From Chrysomallon squamiferum (taxonomy: Eukaryota; Animalia; Mollusca), in NCBI GenBank assembly GCA_012295275.1, contig CM022678.1, positions 2,232,001 to 2,296,000 on the forward strand: 64,000 nucleotides of DNA. Direction: 5' to 3'. This document shows, in pieces, positions 39,405 to 52,520 of this stretch (within the stretch, counting starts at the first letter, position 1; each line of letters begins with the position of its first letter). Under the pieces are notes generated by a model, which saw only the letters and a program-made list of their open reading frames with translations, did not search any database and was not told the origin of the DNA. Position numbers and translations under genes: made by a program.

Positions 39405-39856
39405 CGAGTGTTTAACATATTTTCCTTATGTCATAATATTCCTACTGAAACGGGAAGATGGAAAAATATACCATTCGAAAATAGAATATGTCCATTGTGT
39501 AATAACTATGACATCGTAGAAGAGTTTTATTATATATTTACACGTATGTTTATCAAGAATCAAAAGAAACGTTACCTACCATTTTTCTGTCAATCTAAAT
39601 TAAGCACTCATAAGTTTTATAAAAAATTTAATTCTAAACAAGCTGGTGTCCTTACAAAACTTTCTACTCTCAGTAATCTAATCCTGAATTTTTTCAAATC
39701 CTCTGGCTGAAATATTGATATATTGTTTATATTTTATTATTCTGTACATTATTGTAAATCTACCGTCTTGTCATCCTTGTTATAATTATTATTATATTAA
39801 ATTTTGTATGAAATCCTCAGACTGCGGCCTGAGTGTAAATAAAGTTCAGTTCAGTT
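39405..39856 (+). mobile_element. 5'-truncated LINE (ORF2 C-terminus, 3' UTR and tandem tail)
   Basis: HNIPTETGRWKNIPFENRICPLCN..DIVEEFYYIF zinc-knuckle-like C-terminus, ending AATAAAGTTCAGTTCAGTT. Confidence 0.82.
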
Positions 39857-40577
39857 GGTAATTAAAGTGTGTTACTGTAAGTGTAGAATGTAACAGATGT
39901 GATGGATGTGTTGTTACACAGATGCTTATATTCTTCTTCTTTTTCTTCTTCTTCTTCTTATTATTATTCAGTTCTTCGGAACACAAGAGTGATTTTTACG
40001 ATATCATTTTTAGCAATGACAATTTAAGAAAAATAAGTAAATAAATAAACAACTACATTCACATGTCAACACAAAAAACAACAACATTAAAACCATTTAT
40101 TATTGAAACTAGCCAAATTTCATTTTCTATAAGAAAAATAATAAACACTTGCAAAACAATATTTTTGTTTTCCTCTTTCGTGTTTACGTCACAATATATG
40201 ACAATTATAGACAACACATAATAAAATATTTAAAAAAAAAGAAGACACTCCATATCAAACACTTTTAAAATAATAATAATAATTACAAAAACAAAGAAAA
40301 ATAAAAGACAAAACATGAACAAAGTCAACTAATGAATATAACTGTAATAAGGAATATCAATTTTAGACATTTTAAATTACAGCTCAGTATTAAATTATAA
40401 TTATACCATATCAGTATATTGAAATTAACCTGTTACTTTATTACATCAGCATCAATATTTGAGGAAATAAATTAATTTCAATTTTGTATTTTCAAAAAAT
40501 CAGTTACTTCGAGACATTTAATTCCTTCATCGATTATTATTATTAATATTATATACAAAGATATAATTCGATTTGAT

Positions 40578-40628
<51 letters not shown>

Positions 40629-40664
40629 AACAACAACCATAATAATAAAGTGTCGTTTGACAAT

Positions 40665-41687
40665 AAAGTTTGAAATCTGACCTACTTTTTCAGAGAGAAA
40701 ATTAGGTAGTATTAGTAATATTATCTTCAGTACTCGTACAACGTCAATTTTTTGTTCTCTTCTCTAACAATGAGTGCAACTACACAGGTTTCAAATTATC
40801 CTTGTTTACAACTCAACCGTGAACATGGTTAACCTGCGGTCTGTCTAAGTATCTATACATGAACTAAGCACAATAAAAAAAAAATAGAAATAAATAAGTT
40901 TTGTATTTCTACCTACAGGATGAATAACAGTTACAGGGCTAATATGCAGATCTCTCGTCGTTTAGACAATGTACGTCTAAGTACAGTTCGTCCTGTAACC
41001 ACGTTAGTTGATTTTATTGGTTTTAATAAACGTTTTACATTCTGTACATAATAATACGACCTCTGACTATGAACACTGACGACTGACAAAAAGACTGGAC
41101 AGCTGTGCTTAACTCACTCGGTGATCTTTCAATACTGTCTGTCATGTGACACCACGTGCACAGGCGACATTGCGTGATTTCTCTTCTAGCTGATGTCAGA
41201 TGATTCGCTTCAAATTTCAATAAAGAATTTTTATGACCCACACAGTTTGTTGTTATCGTTGAGGTCACAGTTCAGGTCAACCATTTATTTGAGTACAGGT
41301 AGATCGTTACGACTTTTACAATGTTTTTGAAACTGGTTTGCATGCAGGGTAAGAAAGAGAGAAGCTAGGTATTCTGCAGCTACGACAATTTTAGCTTTAA
41401 TTTATCCATATAAAACACGACAGTGCAAATATGCAGAAAATAAACTCTGATAAATTTTATTTTAAAACCGTTCTTATTAACATTCAATTCATTATATTTT
41501 TCACTTCTTCCTTCTCATTCTTTTCTCAAATTACAATAATCTATAAATATCTGTAAGTCAACGGCAAATATCTCATTTAGAAAATGAAACCGTCCACCAA
41601 AACAAAGTAAAAAAATTAATCAATAAACAGTTAACAACTAGCAGAATATTTACACTCAGTAAAAACGTAATAATGATGATGATGATG

Positions 41688-41758
<71 letters not shown>

Positions 41759-42008
41759 TCTAGTTTAAACTTTGAAATCTGACCTACTGTTTGATAGACA
41801 AAACTAGGCAGTATCAGTGTTATTATCTTCAATACCCGAGTAACGACATTTTCAAAGTACGAACAATGACAGTACCTGCAAAGGTTTCAAATTCTCCTTG
41901 TTAACAACTCAACCATGAACACGATTAACATGCGATCTAAGTAACTGTAGAGCTATAAATACAGTAAAGAAACACACAAAACACAACACAATAACAGCAA
42001 CGACAATG

Positions 42009-42039
<31 letters not shown>

Positions 42040-43086
42040 AATAAATAAATCAATCAATAAATAGAAATAAAGTAAATAAATAAATAAATAATAAATAAAT
42101 AAAGAAATGTGAAATGTAGAGTTGGATGAAAACTTATAAAATAAAACTGTAAGTTAGTGTATTTTACGAATGCAGACTAAACGCAGAGTAACACATTACG
42201 TGCAAAGCTGTGACGTGTCGTTTTACAAAAATATCACCTGACGTGTCCAAGCAGGAGATTCACAGAGCAAGCAGACGGCACAGAATTTGTGTCAGTTTGT
42301 TAGTTGAAAAGATTCGGGTTTTACTTCGATTTGTATTAAAGGTAGGCAAACTTAAAGTGTACTGTTTTTACTAGTGACTGTTGATTGTTTATGTAAAACA
42401 TTTAAATTTAAACTGTTCTATGGTGATCTCGAACTGAGACATCTGCAACTCGGCTTTCGTTTCAGTTTTCATTTAAAAATAACTGTGAACTTATAAAATT
42501 ACAACATTCCTATTATTGTTATTTATTTATTTTCTTTTAAATTTATTTATTTATCAAACAATAAACAGACAAACAAAAAGGGGAATATAGTTCGGTATAT
42601 TTAATTTTGCGCTGTATTAAATGGTCGAAGGTTTAGAAACGGATAAAGATGTCACCAGTAATGGTTTAATTATATCGAAAGAGGAATATAAAATATCTAC
42701 GGAATAACTGGTTGTTTAACAGTACAAAATTGAAATCAGTTGGTTTTGTCAAGTATTGATGTAAATCAGTCTATTTAAGAAGTTTCAAAAAGTGTGGACA
42801 CTGATTAAAAATATTTTCAAAAGAGAACTTTCAGTCAGCTTTATTAAGAGAGGTTAATTTTAAAAGTATTGATTTGGTATAATTATAATTTGATACTGAA
42901 CTGTAACGTAAAAGGGTTAAGGACATCCTTTTCCCAATATTAATATAATCAATAGTAAATAAATAAATAAAAATATAAAAAAAAATAAAAATAAAAAAAA
43001 ATAAAAATAAAAATATAAAACAAAGAAAACATAAAGTTATGATAATTATTTTTTTATTTTTTTTTCTAATAATAAAAAAAGAAGAA

Positions 43087-43131
<45 letters not shown>

Positions 43132-44060
43132 GTATGTATTTTTAATTCATGAATTTGACTTTTTGTTTGTTGCAAGGCTAGTTCAGTGTTAAATAGTAAT
43201 TATTGTTTTTACGTTGTAAAGTTTTCAGTCTGCATTTTGAACATCGGCCACACGTGTTTCATCAAATTTAAAATAAATAAATACAAGAACAACAACTGTA
43301 ATACACTGATAAAAGCAAATAGTGATTTTGTGTCGAGAATATGTATCTATTATTATTATTATCATCATCATCATCATCACAGAGATTAGTATTATATGGG
43401 AATCGCTTTTGTGTAACGGGTTGTGTGTGTGTGTGTGTGTGTGTATGTGTGTTCTTTTATAACTGTTCAGTATGGTACATATTCTTAAAATAATTTTTTT
43501 ACTAGGCTTTTGAACGATTCGTGTTAGTTTAATGTTAAATTTCTTGTTTTCATTAAATGAAATTTTTTATTTAATTACATTATTGCGGTGAATTGAAAAA
43601 TTAAAACAAAGATAAATATTACGATATCAGCTGAGTTGGTAAATGTTTGAGAATGAAAAGTTTATTATTCAAATACAGTTTTGTCTGTCGTTATATTTTA
43701 AAATAAACAAGCTCACTGGTGAAGGTCACTGTTACTTTAAGGTAAGATTATTTTCACAACATCTAGATACGTTCCACTTTAAAATAATTAACACGAGTTG
43801 TCGTCGTCGTTGTTGTTGTTGTTCTTCTTCTTCTTCTTGTTCTTGTTCTTATTATTATTGTTGTTGTTTTACTCTATGCAGGACATGTATAGATACTTAG
43901 ATCGCACGTTACTCGTGTTCACGGTTGAGTTGTTAACAAGGAGAATTGGAAACCTGTGTAGTTACTCTCATTGTTAAAGAATAGAAAAATGTTACATGGG
44001 TATTGAAGATAATATCGCAAACACTGTCTGTCAAACTGTAGGTCAGATTTCAAAGTTTAA
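40665..44060. repeat. Three copies of a ~180-bp dispersed element: 40665-40850 (+), 41770-41945 (+), 43915-44058 (inverted)
   Basis: TTTGAAATCTGACCTAC...CCTTGTT.ACAACTCAACC.TGAACA seen twice directly and once as reverse complement. Confidence 0.75.
42183..42350 (+). promoter_or_regulatory. Promoter/first-exon module copy 2
   Basis: GATTCACAGAGCAAGCAGACGGCACAGAATTTGTGTCAG...AG|GTAGGC, homologous to 14245-14405. Confidence 0.55.
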
Positions 44061-47000
44061 TGTCAAACTACACTTCATAATTATTGTTGTTGTTCTTGTT
44101 GTTATTGATATTATTATTACTACTACTACTACTACTATTATAATTACTATTACTATTTGTATACATAATAATAACAACAACAACAACGATAATAATAATA
44201 ATAGTAACAGTAATAATAAAAAGAAGAAGAAAGAAAAAAGTGTCTAAGTATAAACAATGTTAATGAACGGACATTTTGTAAAATTAATAATGTACACTTT
44301 GTTGAGTTATCTTATAAAATAGTCGATGGAGGAATGAAATGTGTACGGAATAACTGATTGTTTAAAAATACCAAACTGAAATTAAATGGTTTCGTCCAAT
44401 ATTGATGGCGATGTAATTCAGTCTATTTTGGACGTTGGAAAAAAAATTGTAGGAAAGTTATGATAAGCTATTAGTTAAAACTATTTTCAAGGTTTTGTCA
44501 TCGTTAGTAAAGCATCAGGTTAATTTCTATACTGGGACAATAACAGTCTAATATAGAGTTGTAATTTAAAGTTTATTATTAATATTCAGTTTTTTCTGTC
44601 ATTATATTTTAAAATAAAGTCACTGTTATTTATTTTTTTCACGTAGACACTAACTAGGAAAGAACAGACTTTATTGTTAAACAAGTGTGTATTATTTTTA
44701 TTATTAATTAGCAACACTGTAATTAGCAACACTTTAATTAGCAACACATACACAAAGATATAAACAATTTTGTTAGATATAGATATGTGTGTGTGTTTGT
44801 GTGTGTGTGGTTATACATACACACAGATATTATTAAGGTTATGCTGTTAACGATGATATAATACTAAATATAAAATAACTGACAATCAGTGTCTAGCTTT
44901 AATAATTATCTTAATTACTGAAACTAAATAATTAAATAAAATAAGATTAGAACAACAAAAACAGTTTGAAAAAAATTAAGTGTGTTTTTTTTTGTTTTCT
45001 AGAATATTCATGAGGAACGATTACCCATATTTTCAGATTTACTGGTTTTTCTATATTTAGAAACGTTTTTACACAACTGAAGTAATATCATCTGTCAAAG
45101 AAGTTTTTGATTTTAAAGCAGTCGATTTTGAGGCGAAGGGAGATATTACAATTCATTATTATTGTTTTTTATGTTTGCGATTTCTTGTTCCACTTTATTA
45201 TAATTTAAAAGACATAAACACGTGTTGGCAGAAAGTTTATTTGGTAGTAGATCTGTATTTATTTATTTATAATAATTTTTGCAGGTTTGTTTTTAATAAT
45301 AACAAAGATACTCTGAAAAAAATATGTATAAAAAGACATTTTATTTTTAGAATAATAAAACTATAAAAAAAATTTCAATATCGAATTTGATTTTCTGTTT
45401 CTAGTGTCAGTTTGAAGAAAGTCGAAATATAAATATTATAATTCAGAAGTGTAAATCACTTAGACATTTTATTTTATGGAATATTTGTGATTCTTCGAAG
45501 CGATATTACATAAAATAAAATGTTCTCCGACTTGTGTATTTAATGTTGAAAAAATCATCTTTTAATTACATAAAGAAATTATTTGTAAGAAAAATAACAT
45601 TATGTAAAGGTATTAATGGTTGAATACTTCAATATTTACATATCTTTATAAAGCTGCCAACAACGTCGGAGACGAAATTGGGACTCATACCTGGCCAAGA
45701 CAGAATTGTGAAAGTGTTGTTTTAGAGGTGGGCAATGACAGTGAATGAATAAATTTTGTGGACATCACTTCTGTATGCATTCCTTTTGTCTGCCATATTT
45801 GTGCTTCTGACGTTCTCCTTCTTGTCATATTTACTGTGAATGACTCAGCTGTTGAATACAGTGGAGGTAAATATTCATATCTGATGCGCGAACATTCTAT
45901 AGTTTGGAAAAAACAAACATGGGTGCATATTGGTAAGTTTTCATTGATAATTTTTGGTATTAATATTGAGAAAACTGAGTATAAAACTTACTAAAACTAT
46001 TCTGTATATTTTTCTTATTTATATAATACAATTTAGTGGTAGTGTTGAGAAAACTAAAAATATGCTTACTAAAACTATTCTGATATCATCTATACATTTG
46101 TATTGTTTATATTATAATTTAGTGTTAGTACTGAGAAAATCAAGAATATGTCTTACTGAAACTATTCTGTATATTTTCCTTATTTATATATTACAATTTA
46201 GTGGTTGTTTTGAGAAAACTAAAAATATGCTTACTGAAACTATTCTGATTTTATCTATCATTAGCATTGTTTATATTACAATTTAGTGTTAGTATTGTCA
46301 AAACTAAGAATATATCTTTCTGAAACTATTCTATACATTTTCATTGTTTATTTAACTTAATTTAATATTAGTGTTAATAAATATGTAAATATAAATTGTT
46401 GAAACAATTTTTACATTGGTTGTTCTACTTAATTTAGTAACATTATTCTTATGATATGTACATTTACATTGTTTATATAGAATAGGAATATAACTTATTA
46501 AAACCGTTTTGATAATTACTAGGTTTATGTAATTTAATAGTGCAGTTCAGAAAACATACTCTATATGCTTTGTGATAATGATTACATTTTTGCAGGTCGA
46601 CCATTAGAGATTTAACGAGAGTTGTTTTAGAATTTTTTTTTAACAAGAGAGATGATTCTTCCTCAGGGAGTATGAGAAATTTGTTTATATCTTTATCAAT
46701 ACCCTATACATCAATATAATGTTAACTATTTTTACTATTTCTAAACTAACACTTTTTTATTTACATTGATAATAAATATACAATTTAAAGAGGTTTAGGT
46801 ACTGTCTGACAGCTGAAAACAGCAAAAATAAAAAATAATAAATAAAAATAAATAAATAACTAAATAAAAAATACTTACTAATTATTGTTTCCTCATGACA
46901 GTTATTATTATTCTTATATTGGCTATTATTTGTTTTAATGTTGTAAAATAATGTTGAGGTCATCAGTCAGTGTATCTATGTGTAATTAGTTAACAGTATT

Positions 47001-47199
47001 AAACACATTTGTTAAAACATACATTGCTCTATTCAGTAATACTGTTCAGATAGACTACGAATTTGTTCTGTGTTTGAAACACTGCTACTACATCCAATAA
47101 TTATATCTTATTCTCAGTATTTTGTAGGTAAAAACATTTTTAGAAATTATGCATTGAAATTGTGAATTATAAAAAAGTATTTTCTCTGTTTCACTTCAG

Positions 47200-47262
47200 G
47201 ACAACTGACAGCAGACGTATCTCATTCTGGTACTACTGAAATAAGCGATAACACTATACACC
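47200..47262 (+). CDS. RHIM-like repeat exon R1 (GQLTADVSHSGTTEISDNTIH)
   Basis: ttcag acceptor, gtaagt donor, 63 nt, phase 1-1; flanking introns homologous to those around exon 19643-19759. Confidence 0.6.
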
Positions 47263-47546
47263 GTAAGTTAAAAACTGAAAGTTTTCTCTTCTCTACATGT
47301 TTAATAGATAATTCAGTACGTAGTAGATATTAGTACTTTTCTGTCAGACATTGTGAACAACATAGAAACGTGCACATCAAAACATAGACACAATATATAC
47401 AAAAAGAAAATTAGTATTTCAACCACTGCTATACATCCGACAGTGATATCTAATTCTCAGAAATTTTCAGCTAAAACCTTTTTAGAAATTATGCATTGAA
47501 GTTGTGAGTTATAAATAGGTATTTACTTTGTTTCGCTGTAGGACTG

Positions 47547-48364
47547 TATATTAGTAAATGTACCTCTGGGTTTTATGATCTATGGTGAACTAGGACGGTA
47601 TCCCCTTTGTATTTCTATAAAAGTAAGAATGACAACCTTTTGGAGGAACCTAATTCGTCAAAAAAAATATATATATATATTTCCTCACAACTATATTATT
47701 TAATGCATGTTATCGATTTTCCTTGGAACAGATTTGCAAAATATATTTTAGATGATTGTGGTTTAACATATATTTGGATATATCTCAACTTTGATAATGT
47801 TAAATGGATACGAGAAACGATATCCAAAATATCACATGATCAATTTCAACAGTTTTGGAAAAAATCTAAATGAAACGTCTCCAAAGGATATTAATTATAA
47901 ACATTTAAAAGATGAATTGAAATAATAAACTGTCTTAATTTGCTGTCTCAAAAGAATGCCAATGTCTTATGTAAATTTAGAACCTCGAAGGCTAAACTTC
48001 CTATTGAAACTGGACAATGGTCTGATATTCTAAGAGAAAACAGAAAATGTCATATCTGTAATCTTAACAAAATTAGAGATGAATATCACTATATATTTGA
48101 ATGTAATGATCCTGTATTATTAAATGAGAGAAAAAGTATACCAGACAAATATATGAGACATCCAAATATAATTTCATATAATAATTTGCTTAACAGTATT
48201 TGTTAAGCTATAACTGTTAATGAGAACTATATGTGAGAAATTATCCTTCACGTTAAACTTCCACGCTTCTGCATTTTAATTTTGTTTCTATATATCTGTA
48301 ATACATTCTTCTCTGTACTGCAACCCTACAATTTATGAGAATAAAGTCATTGTAATTGTCATTG
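47547..48364 (+). mobile_element. 5'-truncated LINE inserted into repeat exon R2
   Basis: IYGELGRYP, then LCKFRTSKAKLPIETGQW...RKCHICNLNKIRDEYHYIFEC; AATAAA plus (CATTGT/AATTGT)n tail; sits between the R2 acceptor (47541) and the rest of R2. Confidence 0.85.
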
Positions 48365-48419
48365 CCAGCAAACACAATTCATTCTGGTTCTACTGAAATA
48401 GGAAATAGGCATGAATCCG
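48365..48419 (+). pseudogene. RHIM-like repeat exon R2, 3' part (PANTIHSGSTEIGNRHES), disrupted by LINE
   Basis: Homologous to R1/R3, with donor gtatgt and the same downstream intron. Confidence 0.6.
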
Positions 48420-48869
48420 GTATGTTATAAACTGAAAGTTTTCTTTTCTGTACATGTTTAATAGATAACAGACTACTTAGTAGTCATTAGTATGTGTCTC
48501 TCAGACACTGTGACGTGAACAATGTAGAAACGCGCAGGTAAATACACAGACCAATACGTATAAACATACATATCTGTAACTAGTCTTAGCACATACACAG
48601 AATACATACACACAACACATACACACATATATGCACACACATGCATATGCATACATGCATTACACAGACACACAAATTTAGACACAGTGTATGTATATTA
48701 AACTGTATGCTGCTATATTTCTACATATACACTAAAAATGTGTTTCAAACACTGGAACTACATTTAATAATTATATCTAATTCTACAGAATTTGTATGTA
48801 AAAACATTTTTAGAAATTATGCATTGAAATTGTGAATTATAAAAATGTATTTAATCTGTTTCACTGCAG

Positions 48870-48932
48870 GACCAGTGACAGCAAACATATCTCATTCCGG
48901 ATCTGCTCAAATAGGAAATAACTATGTATCCG
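48870..48932 (+). CDS. RHIM-like repeat exon R3 (GPVTANISHSGSAQIGNNYVS)
   Basis: ctgcag acceptor, gtaagt donor, 63 nt, phase 1-1. Confidence 0.65.
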
Positions 48933-49378
48933 GTAAGTTAAAAACTGAAAATGATCTCTTCTCTACATGTTTCATAGATAAACATAATACATAGCAGACA
49001 TTAGTACTTTTCTGTCTCACACTGTGACTTGAACAACATAGAAGCATGAATATAAATACATAGACACAATACACATAAATATACATACCTGTATCTAGAC
49101 GTAGCACATAAACAGAACACATACATACATACACACATACATGCAGATTCATTACACAGAGACAAACAAGTATATTCAGACAGAGACACAGTGTATGCAT
49201 GTTAAACTGTATACTGTCATATCTCTACACATAGATTACAAACAGGATTTTGTTTCAAAACTGCTGCTTCATTCAGTAATTATTTCTAATTCTCAGTATT
49301 TTGTAGGTAAAAAGATTTTCAGAAATTATGCATTTAAATTGTGAATTATAAAAATGTATTTGCTCTGTTTCACTGCAG

Positions 49379-49442
49379 GACAAGAGTCAGGAAACATATC
49401 TCATTCCGGGATCTGCTCAAATAGGAAATAACTATGTAGCCG
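49379..49442 (+). pseudogene. RHIM-like repeat exon R4 (GQESGNISHSG/SAQIGNNYVA), 64 nt with one extra G
   Basis: Near-copy of R3; CCGGGATCT versus CCGGATCT gives a frameshift (real or sequencing error). Confidence 0.6.
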
Positions 49443-49872
49443 GTAAGTTAAAAACTGAAAATTTTCTCTTCTCTACATGTTTGATAGATAACATAATACA
49501 TAGTAGTCATTAGTACATTTCTGTCTCACACTGTGACCTGAACAACATAGAAACCTGCACATAAATACATAGACACAATACATATAAACATAAATACCTG
49601 TACCTAGATGTAGCACATACACATGCAGAAATGCATTACACAGACATACACACAAATATATTCAGAGACACTATGTATGTTAAACTGTATACATATCTCC
49701 ACATATCTCCACACACACACATATAGATAGATAGATAGATAGATTTTTTTTTGAAACACTGCTATACATCCAGTAATTATTTTTAATTCTCAGTATTTTG
49801 TACGTAAAAGCATTTTTAGAAATTATGCATTGAAATTGTGAATTATAAAAAAGTATTTACTCTTTTTCACAG

Positions 49873-49938
49873 GAGGACAACAGCCAGGAAACATATATCA
49901 TTCTGGTTCTACTAAAATAAGCGGTAACACTATAAACC
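49873..49938 (+). CDS. RHIM-like repeat exon R5 (GGQQPGNIYHSGSTKISGNTIN)
   Basis: cacag acceptor (66 nt; an alternative gag acceptor gives 63 nt), gtaagt donor, phase 1-1. Confidence 0.55.
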
Positions 49939-50479
49939 GTAAGTTAAAAACTGAAAGTTTTTTCTTTCTACATGTTTGATAGATAACAGAATACCTAGTA
50001 GGCATTAGTACTTTTCTGTTTCAAACACATTTGTTAAAAATCCCTGAACAAGCTGCAACAGAATGTGATTCACTGTTGCTAAAGGAGACAGTGCAGATTG
50101 TTATATCATGAAAATATTTAAAAACCTCATCTAATATCTTTTCCAATACATCATGTACAGATCTTGAAATTGACTAAGTTGTAACAGTTTCTAATACTCA
50201 TGTCACCATTTCATCACAAGAAACACATTTGTTAAAAATCACTTAGAAAGTTATAAAACTGTTGCAAAGAATTTTAGATATAATATATATTGTTAAAACA
50301 TTATAGGAATGTTATTATCATTAGAATTGAAAAATTGTTCTTATTATGATTACAGAATACTCATAAAATGAAAATATTTTTAGTGTCCAGATGCTAAAAG
50401 GCATGTTTGTTTTCGATGACAGATTAAAAATATCCTATAGACGAAATATATATAATTAGGAAACTGTTGAAATAATTTT

Positions 50480-50518
<39 letters not shown>

Positions 50519-50699
50519 TATTATTATTATATTAATGATTTTTTTTATTGTTTTTATTATTATTATTATTATTATTATTAATATTATTGATGTTGTTGTT
50601 TTTGTTGTTCATGTTGTTGAATTAAAAAAAATTATTCTTTAATATTTTATTATTGTTGTTGTTATTATTATTATTATTATTATTAATACTATTAAAGAT

Positions 50700-51004
50700 T
50701 AAAGGCTTTTTTAGTTATTTAGACATTAATTTATTCTGTTTGTTTTTATACAGTGGGAGACAAGAGAAATTTTTAACAGACAAAATTATTTTTTCTAATT
50801 TGATTTGCTTGGCTGGTTATGTAACTGTTACAGACAAAAGTATTGTAAATATTTCAGTTTATCTTTATTATATCAATACACTGATATAGATAGTTTTAAA
50901 AATATATGTTTTGTAATACTTGGCTATTATATACAGTTAATATATTTGATACATTTACTTTATCTTCATGTACTGAATAAGAAAAAAGAATTATATCTTT
51001 AATA

Positions 51005-51061
<57 letters not shown>

Positions 51062-52100
51062 TTTGTTTATTTAGACATTAAAATATTCTGAATGAATTTA
51101 TATAGCTAATACATGTACATATTTTTAAATTGATTTTTTTAAAACTTTTTGACTTATTTTATTTGCTTGGTAGAATGTTTTTACTACCTTTATATTATGT
51201 ATCAAGAATCTTTAGATCAATTTTCAAATTACTGTTTATTAATTAACCGTGTCTTTAATTAATGGAAGAAAATGAACAAATCGGGTTTATCATGACAGAC
51301 AGACAAAGTGTCCCAGCAAGTTTTTCTCTACGAATGTCAAAAGACGCTTCTGTTTGCAGGAAATCAGAACTACAAACTACTTGGTCTGGGTGGTGAGCCA
51401 AGTCACGTGATAGCAGTGTTGTCTGAACCTGTTGTTTTTGCTGGAATTAAGCGAACAACTGGGAAATGAATTATCGTTAAAGTTACAAGTAATGATAAGC
51501 CGTCCGTTTTAAATTGATTTTTTTAAAACTTTGTTGACTTCTTGTCAATTGCAACAGGATTAATTGCTTAATTATTCCCTACGCTGGTTGTGTAACAACT
51601 GGGAGATGAGTCTATTATTGTATGCTAGGTAACTAAGCTAATTGTGTAACAACTGGAAGATGAGTCTATTATTGTATACTAGGCAGAGAGCATCTGATTA
51701 CCAGCTCATTCAGCCATGACCTCTTTTCTTATCAGGTCTGTGACAAATAGATGTGAACCCCTTGATTGTTAAAAGTCCATTATAATAACAATTATTATTA
51801 CCGAGTGCTTTGTAATTCTAGTAACAGTCAACTTAATAAATATATTTTATGAGTCGTAATGACTTTTGTTTTCTTTATTAAATAAGTACATTTCCTGTAT
51901 TGTTCGAGAAAAAAAACAACACTTCAATGGAATAATGCACTGCACCTGCTCTTGTGACATCCTCTGACATTCACTAGTGACGTAGTGTTACATACCGGTG
52001 TGTCTGCTAACTCTGCTAATGGACTCTTTCTAAAAGTCATTTGTGGAAATGTTCTCACACAACACAGACATACTTTATTATCTTAATTTCATCATAGACT
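50700..52100 (+). other. Paralogous copy of the nSTAND3-ANK 3' flank (28600-30830)
   Basis: Shared TAGAATGTTTTTACTACCTTTA, the 54-bp unit, GCATCTGATTACCA, and AACTCTGCTAATGGA, in the same order. Confidence 0.85.
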
Positions 52101-52259
52101 GTAATAAATTATTTGGGCGTATTTTTATGTTTACAATACTGGTTTTACACATCTTCTGATCTCTAGAAATAAAACAACAAACCAAAGAAAACAGCAGACA
52201 AATAAGAGAATGTCGCCCGAGTGTGAGTCTATGTGTGTGTACTGTGTGTGTGTGTGTGT

Positions 52260-52269
52260 CTGTGTGTGT

Positions 52270-52336
<67 letters not shown>

Positions 52337-52520
52337 CTAATTTGTATATAGAAATAAACGGGTGATCTAGAATGAAGTGGACTTAGATGTAGATAGACTA
52401 GATTAAAATATGTCTGTTTGTCGTGTGACTGCTACTGAGATTACAGGGGAAAATGTAAACAGGGCATAACAAAGATTAACATATAAAACTTGAACAATAA
52501 TGTAAAATAAAATAAAATAA
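52260..52520 (-). repeat. Near-identical inverted copy of 38765-39010
   Basis: GTTCTAATTTGTATATAGAAATAAACGGGTGATCTAGAATG...GGGGAAAATGTAAACAGGGCATAAC is the reverse complement of ~38810-38946, with adjoining (CA/TG)n. Confidence 0.88.
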
